A DNA stretch of 64,000 bases. Source: an uncultured Nitrososphaeraceae archaeon. GTDB lineage: Archaea > Thermoproteota > Nitrososphaeria > Nitrososphaerales > Nitrososphaeraceae. The notes below the pieces were generated by a model that saw nothing but the letters and a program-made list of their open reading frames with translations, was not told where the DNA came from and ran no database searches. The DNA is taken from NCBI GenBank assembly GCA_963825865.1, contig CAWGVG010000014.1, positions 32,001 through 96,000 of the forward strand. Reading direction: 5' to 3'. A program made the translations under genes and the position numbers. Below are positions 13,590-25,043 of the stretch, piece by piece (the stretch's first letter is position 1; each line of letters opens with the position of its first letter).

Positions 13590-13631
13590 TTTTGCAGTTC
13601 TATCGACAGGCAGCAGATGTAGCCAAGATGA

Positions 13632-14633
13632 TCACATTTTTGCCGACACATTATTTAATATATATGGTAGCTGATTGATGCTTTCAATGATTGCATCTGC
13701 GCCATTCTCTCTAAATTGCCTGACAGTACCTGCAGGCTCTTTACTACAACCATAAATACCAACAAATGCGATTTTAACACCCGTTTCCTTTTCCATTCGA
13801 CGGGCCATTAGTAAGTCCTCAATTGAATCGCCGGCACAAATAGCGGTATTTGCGTCCATAACTCTCATTGCTCTTTTAAGCGCATATGGATTAGGCTTGC
13901 CGTATTCTCGTTTTTCATCCTCCAGATACACACAGGCTCTTTGATTAAAAGTATCAAGTATCGGTTTTAGTGAATACTCTGCCGCGAATTTGCTTCTACC
14001 AGAAACTACTGCAATATTGTCATTAAACCTCTTTAAGAGAGCTTCAGTTGTTGTTCTGGTAACCATAAGTCTGTCATTTTCAATTAAGGGTTTTCCAAAA
14101 TAATATTTTGGCTCAAACTTATGCTTTTTCTTGAACAATTTTGGTCCATAAAATAATTCATCGAAAACTGTCGCCAACATACTTAGACCGACTGGTCCAG
14201 GATAATACAACATTTTTTTTAGTTTCTGAACGTCATACGAGCAAGAAGATAAGAACTTTTCAACAGAAATGATACCAGTTTCATCTGCATTTTTAGCCAC
14301 CGAAGAAAGGAACTTCCTTGCCTGTGTAGCGGTCTTTTGGCGATTAGCCAATACTGCGAGAGTTATTGCATAACTCGTATCGGTATCATTGTTAAAGCCT
14401 CCTGTTCGCCTCAATTTTAGAATTACCTCTTCCGTAACCAGACCCTTCAAGTTAGAGTTTCGTGTAAAATATTCGAGGATGAACTCTACAGTTTTTTTAA
14501 TAGCAGAATTATATGATCTTCTTGTATCTAATATAACTCCATCGACATCAAAAACAGCGCAATCGAGCTGGAAAAGACTTGAGTTTTGGACCTATATACG
14601 CCCTTTTGCCTATTGTTTTATAAGTTTTTATTT
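13632..14633 (-). CDS. HAD-superfamily hydrolase, probable histidinol-phosphate phosphatase
   Basis: The in-frame extension upstream of the called ORF gives AVFDVDGVILDTRRSY (HAD motif I); also GGFNNDTD, VVSGRS, KPNP and GDSIED. Lies between hisC and hisB; start uncertain. Confidence 0.8.
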
Positions 14634-15701
14634 CTAAACTGCCTCTTCTATAGATTTCAGAAATTTATCGTTCATTTCTTTAGTACCTATTGTAGCTCGG
14701 ATGCATCCTTTGCGACCGTCAATATCGCCGAATGTTTTGATAATTAATCTTTCCTTTTTCAATGACTTTAGGATTGCTTCATATTTTTCGTAAGATTCAA
14801 GAAAAATGAAATTGGCATTCGATTTATGCGCTTTAATTCCATTTATTTTAGCAAGCTGGTCTAGTACTCTTTTTCTTTCATTTTTAACCATTTCGATAGT
14901 CTTTCTGACATAATTGGATTGGGATAGGACTATACTTGCTATTGTTAATGACAGCGTGTTAAGAGGATAAGGAGACTGGATGGAAGATCTAAATATTTGT
15001 GCAAATCTCTCATTTGCTATAAAGTAACCTACTCTAGCTCCTGCTAGTCCGAATGCTTTGGAAAGCGTACGCAATACAATGACATTATCATATTTTGAAG
15101 CAACTGACGCCAATGAATAATCGGCAAATTCGACATAAGCCTCATCAACTAAAATTAATTTATCATCAAGTGAGTCTATTATTTCTAAGATTGACTGCTT
15201 GTCAAATTGGTTGCCTGTGGGATTATTTGGAGAGCAAATATATGCTATATTGGATTGTTTTGCACTCTGTAAAAATTGAATTTTGTGCAGGGTATTGTCT
15301 TCTTTATTCAATGGCACCTTATCTACTGTCACTTCATGCAATTCGCAACGATTTATAAAATATGAAAATGTCGGACTAAAAATGGTAGCCCGCCGACCTT
15401 TACCAATAGTTGACAAAATTAATTCAATTATCTGATCGGATCCATTTCCAATTGCAAGATATTTTTTATTAATATCTGTGTACGTGGAAAGCTCTCTGTA
15501 AAGCTCTTCAAATTGTTCTAATGGATATTCTCTTAGATCCACATATTTTGCTACCTGTAAAGCAATTTCTGCAATGAATTTTTTGTCCAGAGCAAGGTTT
15601 TCATTTGAGTCTAATTTGATGGTGTCTTTAATCCGTTCTGGTCTGTTGTAACTATCAATTTTAGATATTTTATCTAATCTCTCAGAGAACCAATTTTTCA
15701 T
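14634..15701 (-). CDS. hisC: Histidinol-phosphate aminotransferase
   Basis: LDSNEN, GNGSDQII, CSPNNPTG, VDEAY and RTLSKAFGLAGARVGY motifs. Confidence 0.97.
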   Translation of the reverse strand: MKNWFSERLDKISKIDSYNRPERIKDTIKLDSNENLALDKKFIAEIALQVAKYVDLREYPLEQFEELYRELSTYTDINKKYLAIGNGSDQIIELILSTIGKGRRATIFSPTFSYFINRCELHEVTVDKVPLNKEDNTLHKIQFLQSAKQSNIAYICSPNNPTGNQFDKQSILEIIDSLDDKLILVDEAYVEFADYSLASVASKYDNVIVLRTLSKAFGLAGARVGYFIANERFAQIFRSSIQSPYPLNTLSLTIASIVLSQSNYVRKTIEMVKNERKRVLDQLAKINGIKAHKSNANFIFLESYEKYEAILKSLKKERLIIKTFGDIDGRKGCIRATIGTKEMNDKFLKSIEEAV

Positions 15702-16988
15702 TTTTTCAACCTTTGTCTGACAGCTTCATAATGATTCATCAATCCTTCAGCCACGGCGAGCTCTTTAACTGCTGATTGGACTCTTTTCAAACCTGACTTG
15801 GTTGATTGAACAGTATTTACAATCTTTATAAAGTCTAGGACGGAAAGTGATCCCCTGGATTTTCCGAATCCCATTGTGGGCAGAACATGATTAGTACCAA
15901 GGCAATAATCACTAGCTGAAGATGGAGTGTATTTTCCAATCAATACAAGTCCTGCTGACGTTATTTTCTTTGAAATGAATCTAGCATTCTCTGCAATTAT
16001 TTCTAGGTGTTCTGGTGCTACTTCATTTACAAATTCTATCGCAGTAGATTCATTTTTACAGATCGCAATAAATCCGTTTTCTTGCAGGCTTTTCTTGACT
16101 ATTTCTGCACGCGTGATAATGTTTTTTTCGAGGATGGACTCGATATTATTTGTTACTTGTACTGCTAATTCTTTATAATTTGTTACTAAACCACAGAATG
16201 TATCATAACTGTGTTCTGCTTGCGAAATTAAATCCAAAGCGACAAGTTTTGGATCAGCATTTGAATCTGCATAAACTAATAATTCCGTTGGACCAGCAAT
16301 CATATCTACTGAAACTCTGCTAGAGGCAAGAATTTTTGCAATAGTGACAAACATTCCTCCTGGGCCGACAATTTTGCTAACCTTGTTGATAGTTGAAGTC
16401 CCAAAAGTCAAAGCGGCAATTCCTTGAGCACCACCGGCCTTGTAAAACTCATCAACACCACAAATATCTGCGGCTACAAGGGTCAGAGGATCTACAGTTC
16501 CATCTTTGAGCGGAGGTGAAATTGCTACTATTCTTTCCACTCCAGCAACTTTGGCAGGGATTGCGCACATTACTGCGGTGCTAGGATACCGTGCTTTTCC
16601 ACCAGGTATATAACATCCAACACTGGGAATTGGTTGAACAAACCGTTGGATTCTTACTCCTTCTGACGAAATTGCAATTCCTTGCAAACGTCTTAGGAGC
16701 ACCATCTCATTCCTCAACAATCGCTCTTTCATCATCTTGATGGATTGAATCTGTTTCTTGGTAACCTTGTTATAAGCTTGCAGAATTTCTTCCTCTGTAA
16801 CTTTTAATGAACTTAATTGAACGCCGTCAAGCTTTTCAGTATAGGCGATAACTGCAGAATCACCATATTTTTCTACATCATCCATTATCGATTTTGTTTT
16901 TTGGATCAAGTCCTCTGAAATACAAGTAAAATTGCGTAATTTTGCTGCCAGTAGATTTTGCATTAGTAACAACTATTGTCTTTATCAA
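15698..16988 (-). CDS. hisD: Histidinol dehydrogenase (N-terminal frameshift; TTG start overlaps hisG stop)
   Basis: VGCYIPGG, GGAQGIAAL, GPTEL, SQAEH, APEHLE and GTNHVLPT motifs. Confidence 0.97.
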
Positions 16989-17962
16989 GAATTCTCATCT
17001 ACATTTATCTCATCCAGGGGTAGAATCTGTCTTGTCTCCATTACAACAAGACCTTGTGCGATCTTCCTCATTATTGGAACTATTTTGATAAATTCGTTCT
17101 TGTCAATAATTGTGTTAATTCCATACCATCCTTCCTGACTTAACGGACTAATTGTCGGTTTTTTTAATGCAGGCATATTTTTGAGCAATTTGTCGAGATT
17201 TTCTTTCTTCACATTGACAAAAATATGGAGTTTTTTGCGGCCTTCAACTGCCCCCTTTAATAATGCGATCATATCTGCAATCTTTTCTCTCTTTTTAGGA
17301 TCTTTGAGAGCATTTTTGTTTGCTACAAGGACAGCGGTAGATTCCATTACTGTATCAATTATTTTCAAATTATTTTGTGCCAAGGTAGTTCCAGTTTCGG
17401 TTATATCAAAAATTGCATCGACGTCTTCTGGAGGCTTCGCTTCTGTAGCTCCAAAGGAAAGAAATATCTGAACATTTTTGTTTTTTCCAAATCTCAACCA
17501 TGGAGTGATGATCAATGGGTCATCATCTCCAAAATACTTTTGATAAGCATGATTTGATTTAATATGAGAAGCTCCCGTAGTAAGATACTCTGAAGAGAAT
17601 CTCAGGGGTTTATTTTTCTTTGCATATTCTGTAATTAAACCTGTCAAGTCTTTGACCTCATAATTTTCTGGAATTGCTATTACCTGTCTTACTCGTCCAT
17701 ACTCTAAATCAAGCAATGTCTTAACATCTGCTTTGGCTTCTCTAATCCAGTCCTTGCCTGTTATTCCAACATCATAGAATCCTTCTTGCACATAAGTTGG
17801 AATTTCCTGAGGTCTTAAGACTTTGACTTCTATTTCAGGATCACTGAGTCTAATTCTATATGTGCGTCCGCGGCCACTAAGGGAGTGCCATGCCTGTTCG
17901 AGAATTTTGAATGTGGCATCCTCAATGCTGCCCTTTGGAACTGCAAATTTCACCGTAGGCAT
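16985..17962 (-). CDS. hisG: ATP phosphoribosyltransferase (long form)
   Basis: FAVPKGS, RPQEIP, DVGITGKD, GATEAKP and DITETGTTL motifs plus the C-terminal regulatory domain. Confidence 0.97.
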   Translation of the reverse strand: MPTVKFAVPKGSIEDATFKILEQAWHSLSGRGRTYRIRLSDPEIEVKVLRPQEIPTYVQEGFYDVGITGKDWIREAKADVKTLLDLEYGRVRQVIAIPENYEVKDLTGLITEYAKKNKPLRFSSEYLTTGASHIKSNHAYQKYFGDDDPLIITPWLRFGKNKNVQIFLSFGATEAKPPEDVDAIFDITETGTTLAQNNLKIIDTVMESTAVLVANKNALKDPKKREKIADMIALLKGAVEGRKKLHIFVNVKKENLDKLLKNMPALKKPTISPLSQEGWYGINTIIDKNEFIKIVPIMRKIAQGLVVMETRQILPLDEINVDENS

Positions 17963-18129
17963 GATAACAATTGAGCAAACCATATTATCGGATATATATT
18001 TATAGAGCCGTCAAAGGCGGATCATGTTGCTTCTGCTCGTATGAACTTAACCGTTATGAGTATTCTCATCTTTAATACTGCTATTGTAAATGTTAGAATA
18101 TCTAGGATGTAGGCAGGTACTTTCAAAAT

Positions 18130-19414
18130 TTAATTAGTAGACCTGCTTCTACCCGTACTCTGCAACATTACAAGAATTTCCTTTGCCCTGTCTACAGTAA
18201 TATTGCCCTCGTCAGCCATTCTCTTGGCAATCACATCAATCAGTCCTCCTTTAGCTCCTGCCAACGAAGCAATATTTTTAGCGTGGAGTCTCATGTGGCC
18301 TTTTTGGATACCTTCTGAAGCTAAAGCTCTGATGGCAGACAAATTTTGAGCGAGACCAATTGAAGCTATTATCATTGCAAGTTCTCTGGCAGTTTTAACA
18401 CCTAGAATTTTTAATGCCATTTTAGCCATCGGATGAATCGACACAATACCGCCCACAATTCCAACAGCCATTGGTAATTCTATTTCCCCTGCTAAATTGC
18501 CTTCTTTAGTTTTATGCCATGTAGTTAGTGATCGATAAGTTCCATTTCTAGAGGCATACGCGTGAGCTCCTGCTTCAATTGCACGAAAGTCCTGTCCTGT
18601 AGCCAAGGCAACCGCATCAATGCCATTCATTATTCCTTTATTATGAGTTACAGCTCGATATATATCAGAATATGCAAACGCATATGCATATAATATTCGC
18701 TCCACAGTGCCCTCACCTCCCAGCTCCTTTTTATCAAAAATAGCATTGCATTTTACAAGCCTTCTGGTTGCATAGTTTGAAAGGATTTTCACGATAACAG
18801 ACCCTCCTGTTAACTCCTCTACTTTTGGGGCTATTGCTTCGCACATCGTATTTATTATATTAGCACCCATTGCATCCTTAGTATCAATAATTAATTCTAC
18901 CAGCAGCATATCTCCCATTCTGTTTTTACTTTCGTCTTGTAATTTTCTGATTTGCAGATCTTTTGCAATTACATATCTGCTCTTTGAATTTGCTATCATA
19001 AGTAACCCTGTTTTATTCATTAAAATCCTCTGTTTTGCTGACTCGATAGATATGGGTAATGAAATTACCTGCACTTGACCTATCATTAATGATTCGGTTG
19101 CCTGTGCTGTAAAACCACCGGTTGATTTTGCGATCTTGGCTGCTTTGCTTGCAGGCAGCAATCACTGAGGGTTCTTCTATAGCCATTGGAATAATGTACT
19201 CTTTGCCATTAATCACGAAATTTGTTGCTATACCAAGAGGAACAACTAGCATTCCGATTGCATTTTCTATCATTCGATTGGCATCATCAAAGGTAAAACC
19301 TGATAATGGATCCCTTAGTACATCAATATCTCGCACCGATAGGCCTACTGCTTTTTTTAGATACTGTAAACGTTCGTGCCTATCCATTTCATGCAGCTTT
19401 CTTCCTGTTATCAA
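18130..19414 (-). CDS. hmgA: Class II (bacterial-type) hydroxymethylglutaryl-CoA reductase (frameshift near 19150)
   Basis: MIENAIG, PMAIEEPSVIAA, DAMGANIIN, THNKGIMNG, GQDFRAIEAG and GIQKGHMRLH motifs. Confidence 0.95.
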
Positions 19415-19603
19415 GACAATATACCATTACATACGTTGTAAAAATAAGGATTTAAAATCTTGTATTACCGAAGTCAAAATACTGTTCATTTACTGTTATG
19501 AGCAGGGAATCCTGTTAATTTTATTAGTTGACTTACAGATCGTCAATCAAATTAATGTTGCTATAGTATGAACACACCCTTGAAAAGACATCTATTGAAA
19601 TTG

Positions 19604-19804
19604 TCAACGGTTAAGGGAACTTTTAAAGCCTGAATTATTATTAGTATGTAAATACTTACTATTAGTATCACTGTTGTTATTACTGCTAGAAGTATTACCA
19701 GGTTTAGGTATGGGTATAGTAGTATCGGATCGTGTCACGAAAATTGTCGCAATACCAGCCACAATTAACGCGATAGCTATAATGACCAACGTTTGATTCA
19801 TCAT
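19604..19804 (-). CDS. Small single-pass membrane protein
   Basis: Hydrophobic N-terminus followed by an Asn/Ser-rich tail. Confidence 0.5.
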   Translation of the reverse strand: MMNQTLVIIAIALIVAGIATIFVTRSDTTIPIPKPGNTSSSNNNSDTNSKYLHTNNNSGFKSSLNR

Positions 19805-19872
19805 TATCTACCGATCAATAGATATGGGAAGGTTTTTAATGTAACCCCGCATCCTCTGATAGTAGTATTATT

Positions 19873-20968
19873 ATGAAAGTTTCTGAGATTATGGCAGACA
19901 AAGTTCTGAGCCTAAATTCAGAAGATACAGTTGCAAAAGCGTTAAGCCTGATGCATGAAAATAACATTAACCAGATACCAACAGTTGATGATAATGGAAA
20001 GTATCTAGGAATGATATATGCTAAGGAATTCCTTGGCATAAACACTAATCCTACTTCGAAATTGAAAAGTTTTCTTACCAAAACGCCAATTTTGAGTCCA
20101 GAAGAGAACATTGAAAGATGCACTCATCTAATTGTGATAACCGGAAATCATGCATTACCAGTTGTTGAGAACGGAAAATTCAGCAGTATCGTTTCAGATC
20201 AGGATGTAATATTGACAGCAGATTTCGGTCATGCCATAGTGGATGAAGTTATGTCTGGCGCAATAGTAATTGAAGAGGATACTACACTAAGCAACGCACT
20301 GTCAAAGATGAGGCGATACAATATTTCTCGACTTCCAGTAATTAATCCGAATGGTGTTCTTACAGGTATAATTAATTCTTTAGATGTATCTAAAATCATT
20401 GCTACCCCAAGAGAAAGAGCTAGTAAATCTCCTGGTGTTGGCACTTTGGCTGCGAGAAGGGATGTTAAAGTCAAAGATATTATGAGAAGAGCAATATCGG
20501 TTGAAAGAGGAACCAAGCTTAATAGCATAGTCGAAAGTTTTAGGAGGAATGAGGAAATTATTGTTGTTGGGAACAGAAGACCGATTGGTATAGTTACTAT
20601 CAAAGATGCATTAGAATTAATACTACCAAAGCGAACCGAGACTATAATCCATGTCGCACATCTTGATAATGAGGAAGCACGCCAAGAAATTGAAGAATAC
20701 ATGACCAAATTTTTAAAGAAAATTCAAGGTAAACTGGAAAACGTGCAGCATGTAATCATTTATGCAGACAAGCATAAGACGCGAAAGTATTCTGTTAGAG
20801 CGAGAGTGATTACTGGCAAAGGCATAATTGATGCAAAAGCTGTGGGTTATGATGTACTTAAGCGCCTGTAAAGAATTAGTTTCCAGGCTCGACAGGCAAA
20901 TCAAGTCTAAACACAGCCAAAAAATAAGAGATAGGCAGCATAGGCAATCTCCTAGGACGACTGCCTGA
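19873..20968 (+). CDS. Four-CBS-domain protein fused to a C-terminal HPF/RaiA-like domain (putative archaeal ribosome hibernation factor; frameshift near 20860)
   Basis: Two CBS pairs (INQIPTVD, HALPVVE, ISRLPVIN, PIGIVT). C-terminal IEEYMTKFLKKI...YSVRARVITGKGIIDAKAVGYDVL/SACKELVSRLDRQIKSKH matches the HPF pattern. Confidence 0.82.
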
Positions 20969-20992
20969 GGGGCAATAATAATAACATAAATG

Positions 20993-21127
20993 TGGCGCAG
21001 ATGAGGAGATTTGAACTCCTGATCGCCCGAGGGCGAATCGGCTTGCTTTCAGTCATTGGACTCAAGGCCGACGCAATAATGCGTTCTCATATTCTTTAGA
21101 TAGAGAAGACCACTCTGCCACATCTGC
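20993..21127 (-). tRNA. tRNA-Ser(UGA) with two introns and encoded CCA
   Basis: Acceptor GCAGATG/CATCTGC, discriminator G then CCA, T-arm AGGAGTTCAAATCTCCT, long variable arm TCGCCC-TC-GGGCGA, anticodon stem TCGGC/GCCGA with CT-TGA-G. Inserts of 31 nt (D-loop, 21078-21108) and 17 nt (37/38, 21044-21060); spliced length 87 nt. Confidence 0.9.
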
Positions 21128-21431
21128 TTGCTCATTACGTCACCCCTACTTATTATTATATGTTAATTGTTAGTATGGATGATAATAATAATAATAATGA
21201 TCAGCCTGGAATCACCACAACATACACCCTTCATCTCTGGCTCAAAACTAAGCAAAGTTAAAGCAATATATCTCCATCTAATTTGCCATGGTATTGTGTT
21301 GTTGAGGACAAATTGTGTAATTTACATGTGTGGAAAAATGTAGATGAGCAATATTTATCATTATAAATGGGTTATGAAGTTGTAGTAACATGTGTCGACT
21401 AGTTTTGGTCAATGGTGTGTGCTGATAGAAT

Positions 21432-22571
21432 ATGTCTTCAAACAATCTTAGAACTATGATTTCAATAAACAAGCCTTCGATAGGTGAAGAAGAAAGAAAT
21501 GAAATAAGGAGTGTTTTAGATGAAAATGCCTTAACCTCCTCAGCTAAAGATGGTGGAAAAAGAGTTCGCGATTTTGAATCCCTTTTAAGGGATTACCTAA
21601 AGGCGAAACATGTAATAGCTGTTAATTCTGGAACTGCGTCGTTGTATGCAGCATTACTTGCAGCAGATGTCAAACAAGGCGATGAGGTTTTACTTCCATC
21701 ATTTACATTTGTTGCTACCGCAAACTCTGTAGTGGCAGCTGGTGCAAAACCCATCTTTGTAGATATCAATGTGCAAGATTATACTGTTGATGTCTCAGAT
21801 TTAAAGGCAAAAATTACAAGCAAGTCTAAAGCCATTATACCTGTCCACCTGTATGGTCATCCTTCAGAGATGGATGAAATTATCGAACTCGCTGAAAAAC
21901 ATTCACTACATATAATTGAAGATGCTTGCCAGTCACTTGGCTCTATATACAAAAAGAAACTTACTGGAACTTTAGGTATGATGGGCTGCTTTAGTCTATA
22001 TGCAAGCAAAGTATTGACGTGCGGTGAAGGTGGAGCGGTTGCGACAAATAATGATAATCTTGCAGACAAGCTAAAGATGATTAGAAATCATGGTATGGTT
22101 GAAGGATACGATACCCGAATTTTGGGTCTTAACCTCAGGTTGCCAGAACTGAGCGCTGCTATTGCCAAGGCTCAAATGAGCAAGCTGCAAAAAATGTTAG
22201 ATTCAAGGAGAAAAAATGCAGAACTGCTGACAAAATTACTCTTTCCTATTGTTGATAAAAGTAAAATAAGGCTCCCTGAAGAAACTGATGAAAAAAAATT
22301 CAATTGGTATCTATATACCGTCGCCTTTCAAAATAACGGTCAAAGAGACCAAGTCAAAGAGAGAATGATAAACGATAAAATTGGTGTTACCGTATACTAT
22401 GACCCTCCAGTTCACAAGACCCCATATTATGAAACTCTACCTCCATTAACGAAAAATAACCTATCTAAAACTAACTGGGCCAGTGAACACGTTCTATCTC
22501 TTCCTGTTCATCCATTTGTAACAGAGCAAGATATTGAACGTATAGCACAAAGTATTAGAGAAAACACGTAA
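21432..22571 (+). CDS. DegT/DnrJ/EryC1/StrS PLP-dependent sugar aminotransferase
   Basis: NSGTASL, PSFTFVAT, PVHLYG, EDACQSLG, FSLYASKVLTCGEGG and LSLPVHP motifs. Confidence 0.95.
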   Translation: MSSNNLRTMISINKPSIGEEERNEIRSVLDENALTSSAKDGGKRVRDFESLLRDYLKAKHVIAVNSGTASLYAALLAADVKQGDEVLLPSFTFVATANSVVAAGAKPIFVDINVQDYTVDVSDLKAKITSKSKAIIPVHLYGHPSEMDEIIELAEKHSLHIIEDACQSLGSIYKKKLTGTLGMMGCFSLYASKVLTCGEGGAVATNNDNLADKLKMIRNHGMVEGYDTRILGLNLRLPELSAAIAKAQMSKLQKMLDSRRKNAELLTKLLFPIVDKSKIRLPEETDEKKFNWYLYTVAFQNNGQRDQVKERMINDKIGVTVYYDPPVHKTPYYETLPPLTKNNLSKTNWASEHVLSLPVHPFVTEQDIERIAQSIRENT

Positions 22572-23005
22572 GCACACACTACGACAAAATAACGTAAATG
22601 ATTAATTTTAGTTCTATAGACTTATTTTCTATTCAATCTCATTGGTAAATAGATAATAGTATACTTTTTCTACATATATCAATAGCAAAGAATGACAAGT
22701 TATGTAAAAGGTTAATGTCGAATAAGTAGGTTATTATTATTATTGACTATACTAATACTCATCTTCTGCTTCTGTATTAATGCACAATAGCAGGAATATC
22801 TGTAGCACCCAGTTAATTATAATTTCAAAACTAACCATTGTTGTGAAGATATGCAGGAATAAATGGCGTTGAATGATCAAAAAGAAGTGGAAATATTATG
22901 TAATGCAAGACAGGACATGCTAGCTAGCTGGCTAACAAGCAAGTCTTCTCCTTACTTTCCGATTTATAAAATCTTTTTAATAATGTATTTATAATTTGTT
23001 TCGGA

Positions 23006-24187
23006 GTGAGGCTAATAATATACACAGGCAAGGGCGGGACCGGAAAGACCGTAACTTCATGTTCTACTGCAATTAAACTTGCCGAACATAATTATAAAAC
23101 ATTGGTGATTTCTGCTGATCCCGCTCATACTTTAGGCGATGCTTTTATGATACAAGATATCGGCAACGAGCCAAAAGAAGTTCTTTCGAATTTGTATGCA
23201 TTACAAATAGACCCTGTAACCGAAATGAACAAACAATATGCTACAATTTTATCTTATGTCGCATCAATATTTTCTGCAAAGGGTATAGATGAAACGCTTG
23301 CATATGAAATTGCTATGTTGCCTGGAATGACCCAGCTATTTTCATTGTTAAAAATTGACGAAGTTGTGCGAACAAAAATATTTGATTCAGTAGTTCTCGA
23401 TATGCCTGCATCTGGCGAGGCTTTACGATACCTGTACTTTCCAAAATTAGTTGGAAGTATTGGAAGAAAATTCACTGGAATGTTTGGAATGTTTAGCGGA
23501 GTTGCCAGAATGTTCCAGCCTTTGTCAAAAATTCCAACTCCTTCGAGAAACGTTTTACAAAGCGAAGTAGAATTATTGGATAGGCTTGAAGCGCTGTCAG
23601 AAATTATAAGAATGCATGATATAACAAGTTTAAGGCTGGTTGCGAATCCTGATACATTCAGTATAGAGAATGCGAAGCGAGCATTTGTTTCAGCCTCACT
23701 TTATGGTATAAACGTTGACCTTGCTGTAATTAATAAAATCATGCCAAGTGGGAGTTCTGACGAGTATTATGCGTCATGGTCTGATTTTCAAAGATCAAAA
23801 CTAGAAGAAGCAAAGGCAAATTTCTACCCACTTCCGATAAAGGAAATCAAGCTTCATGGTAGTGAATTACGTGGGGTTGAAATGCTACAAATGAATGGGG
23901 AATTGATGTTTGGGAACGAGGATCCAGCCAAGATATTTTACCGAGGAAAGGCATTTGTATTCACAACTGAGGACTCTGAGTTGCATATGATAGTCAAGGT
24001 TCCATTTACTGAAAAGGACGACTTTGATATAGAAAGATATGGAGACCAACTTACAATAAAGGTAAAAAATCCTGTTGGAAACCTCGTTAATGTTATACCT
24101 TTGCCCTCTGCTACAATAGGGATGAAACTTGTCAAAGCAAAACTTCAAGGGGATGAACTAGATATACTGTTTAAAAAAGGTGTTTGA
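23006..24187 (+). CDS. ArsA/Get3-family ATPase with C-terminal HSP20-like domain
   Basis: GKGGTGKT, SADPAHTL, LDMPASG and VINK motifs; C-terminal VPFTEKDDFDIERYGDQLTIKV...AKLQGDELDILF. Confidence 0.9.
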   Translation: MRLIIYTGKGGTGKTVTSCSTAIKLAEHNYKTLVISADPAHTLGDAFMIQDIGNEPKEVLSNLYALQIDPVTEMNKQYATILSYVASIFSAKGIDETLAYEIAMLPGMTQLFSLLKIDEVVRTKIFDSVVLDMPASGEALRYLYFPKLVGSIGRKFTGMFGMFSGVARMFQPLSKIPTPSRNVLQSEVELLDRLEALSEIIRMHDITSLRLVANPDTFSIENAKRAFVSASLYGINVDLAVINKIMPSGSSDEYYASWSDFQRSKLEEAKANFYPLPIKEIKLHGSELRGVEMLQMNGELMFGNEDPAKIFYRGKAFVFTTEDSELHMIVKVPFTEKDDFDIERYGDQLTIKVKNPVGNLVNVIPLPSATIGMKLVKAKLQGDELDILFKKGV

Positions 24188-24296
24188 TATGGGGATTTTT
24201 TCTAGACACGTCTGTCACGTTGTATACAAATTAGCCATAGGCGGTTTTCTCACGTATCGTTTAAATATTATGTAACTTGATTATTCTCAGATAAAT

Positions 24297-24834
24297 ATGC
24301 CTATAGATCCAGACTTTCCCAGAAATCATCAAGTAATAGGTAAGCATACGCTTTCTGATGGTGAACACTACCATTATGTTTGGGGCCCAGGAAAATTAGC
24401 CGAGGCTGCGGAAAATGAAGAGGTAAAATCAGCTTATTCTGCCAGGGGAGAAGAAGTTGCTCCGCTAGGAGTACATGGTACTATGGTCGCAGTTGACTGG
24501 GATTCTTGTGTAGCTGACGGTGCTTGTATTGAAGCCTGTCCGGTACAAGTCTTTAAGTGGTATCGAACGGAACAAGATGTTCCCGCTACAGAGGTAAACA
24601 CTACTACGAGCGCTGGAACTGGTAGCACCGTTAAAGAAGAGAGAAAGGACTACACAGATAAAGCTGATCCAATTAGAGAACACGATTGTATTTGGTGTAT
24701 GGCTTGTGTTTCGGTATGCCCACCTCAGGCAGTCAAGGTTGATCAGTCTAAGCTTGGAATTTCATGAGAAGGCAGCCGGAACATTCAACGAGGCTCTCTC
24801 TAAAGGCAGTGCACCGCCACCTCACGCGCATTAA
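24297..24834 (+). CDS. Zinc-containing-type 7Fe ferredoxin (frameshift near 24755)
   Basis: His-rich N-terminal extension and VWGPG; CVADGACIEACP and CIWCMACVSVCP cluster motifs. Confidence 0.92.
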
Positions 24835-25043
24835 AAGCTACCTTTTTACTTTATTTTTTCCTCGTAAATGTTTTTTTGCTCTTTGTAATTATTAAACGAC
24901 GCCATTAAAAAAAGCTCTCCAATCTGGTATAATGATGTAGAGAATTAAATACGGGCCCTCTTTTCACACTTCTTACAAAATGTTATATATATTTTATATG
25001 AAACGTCTTATAACCATGACGAGCAATTCTGTATGAAAAAGTT

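Noticed and set aside
18130-19414. Bacterial-type class II HMG-CoA reductase as a novel horizontal transfer
   Set aside because: This is an already known feature of this archaeal lineage, as is the grpE-dnaK-dnaJ operon at 31886-35664.
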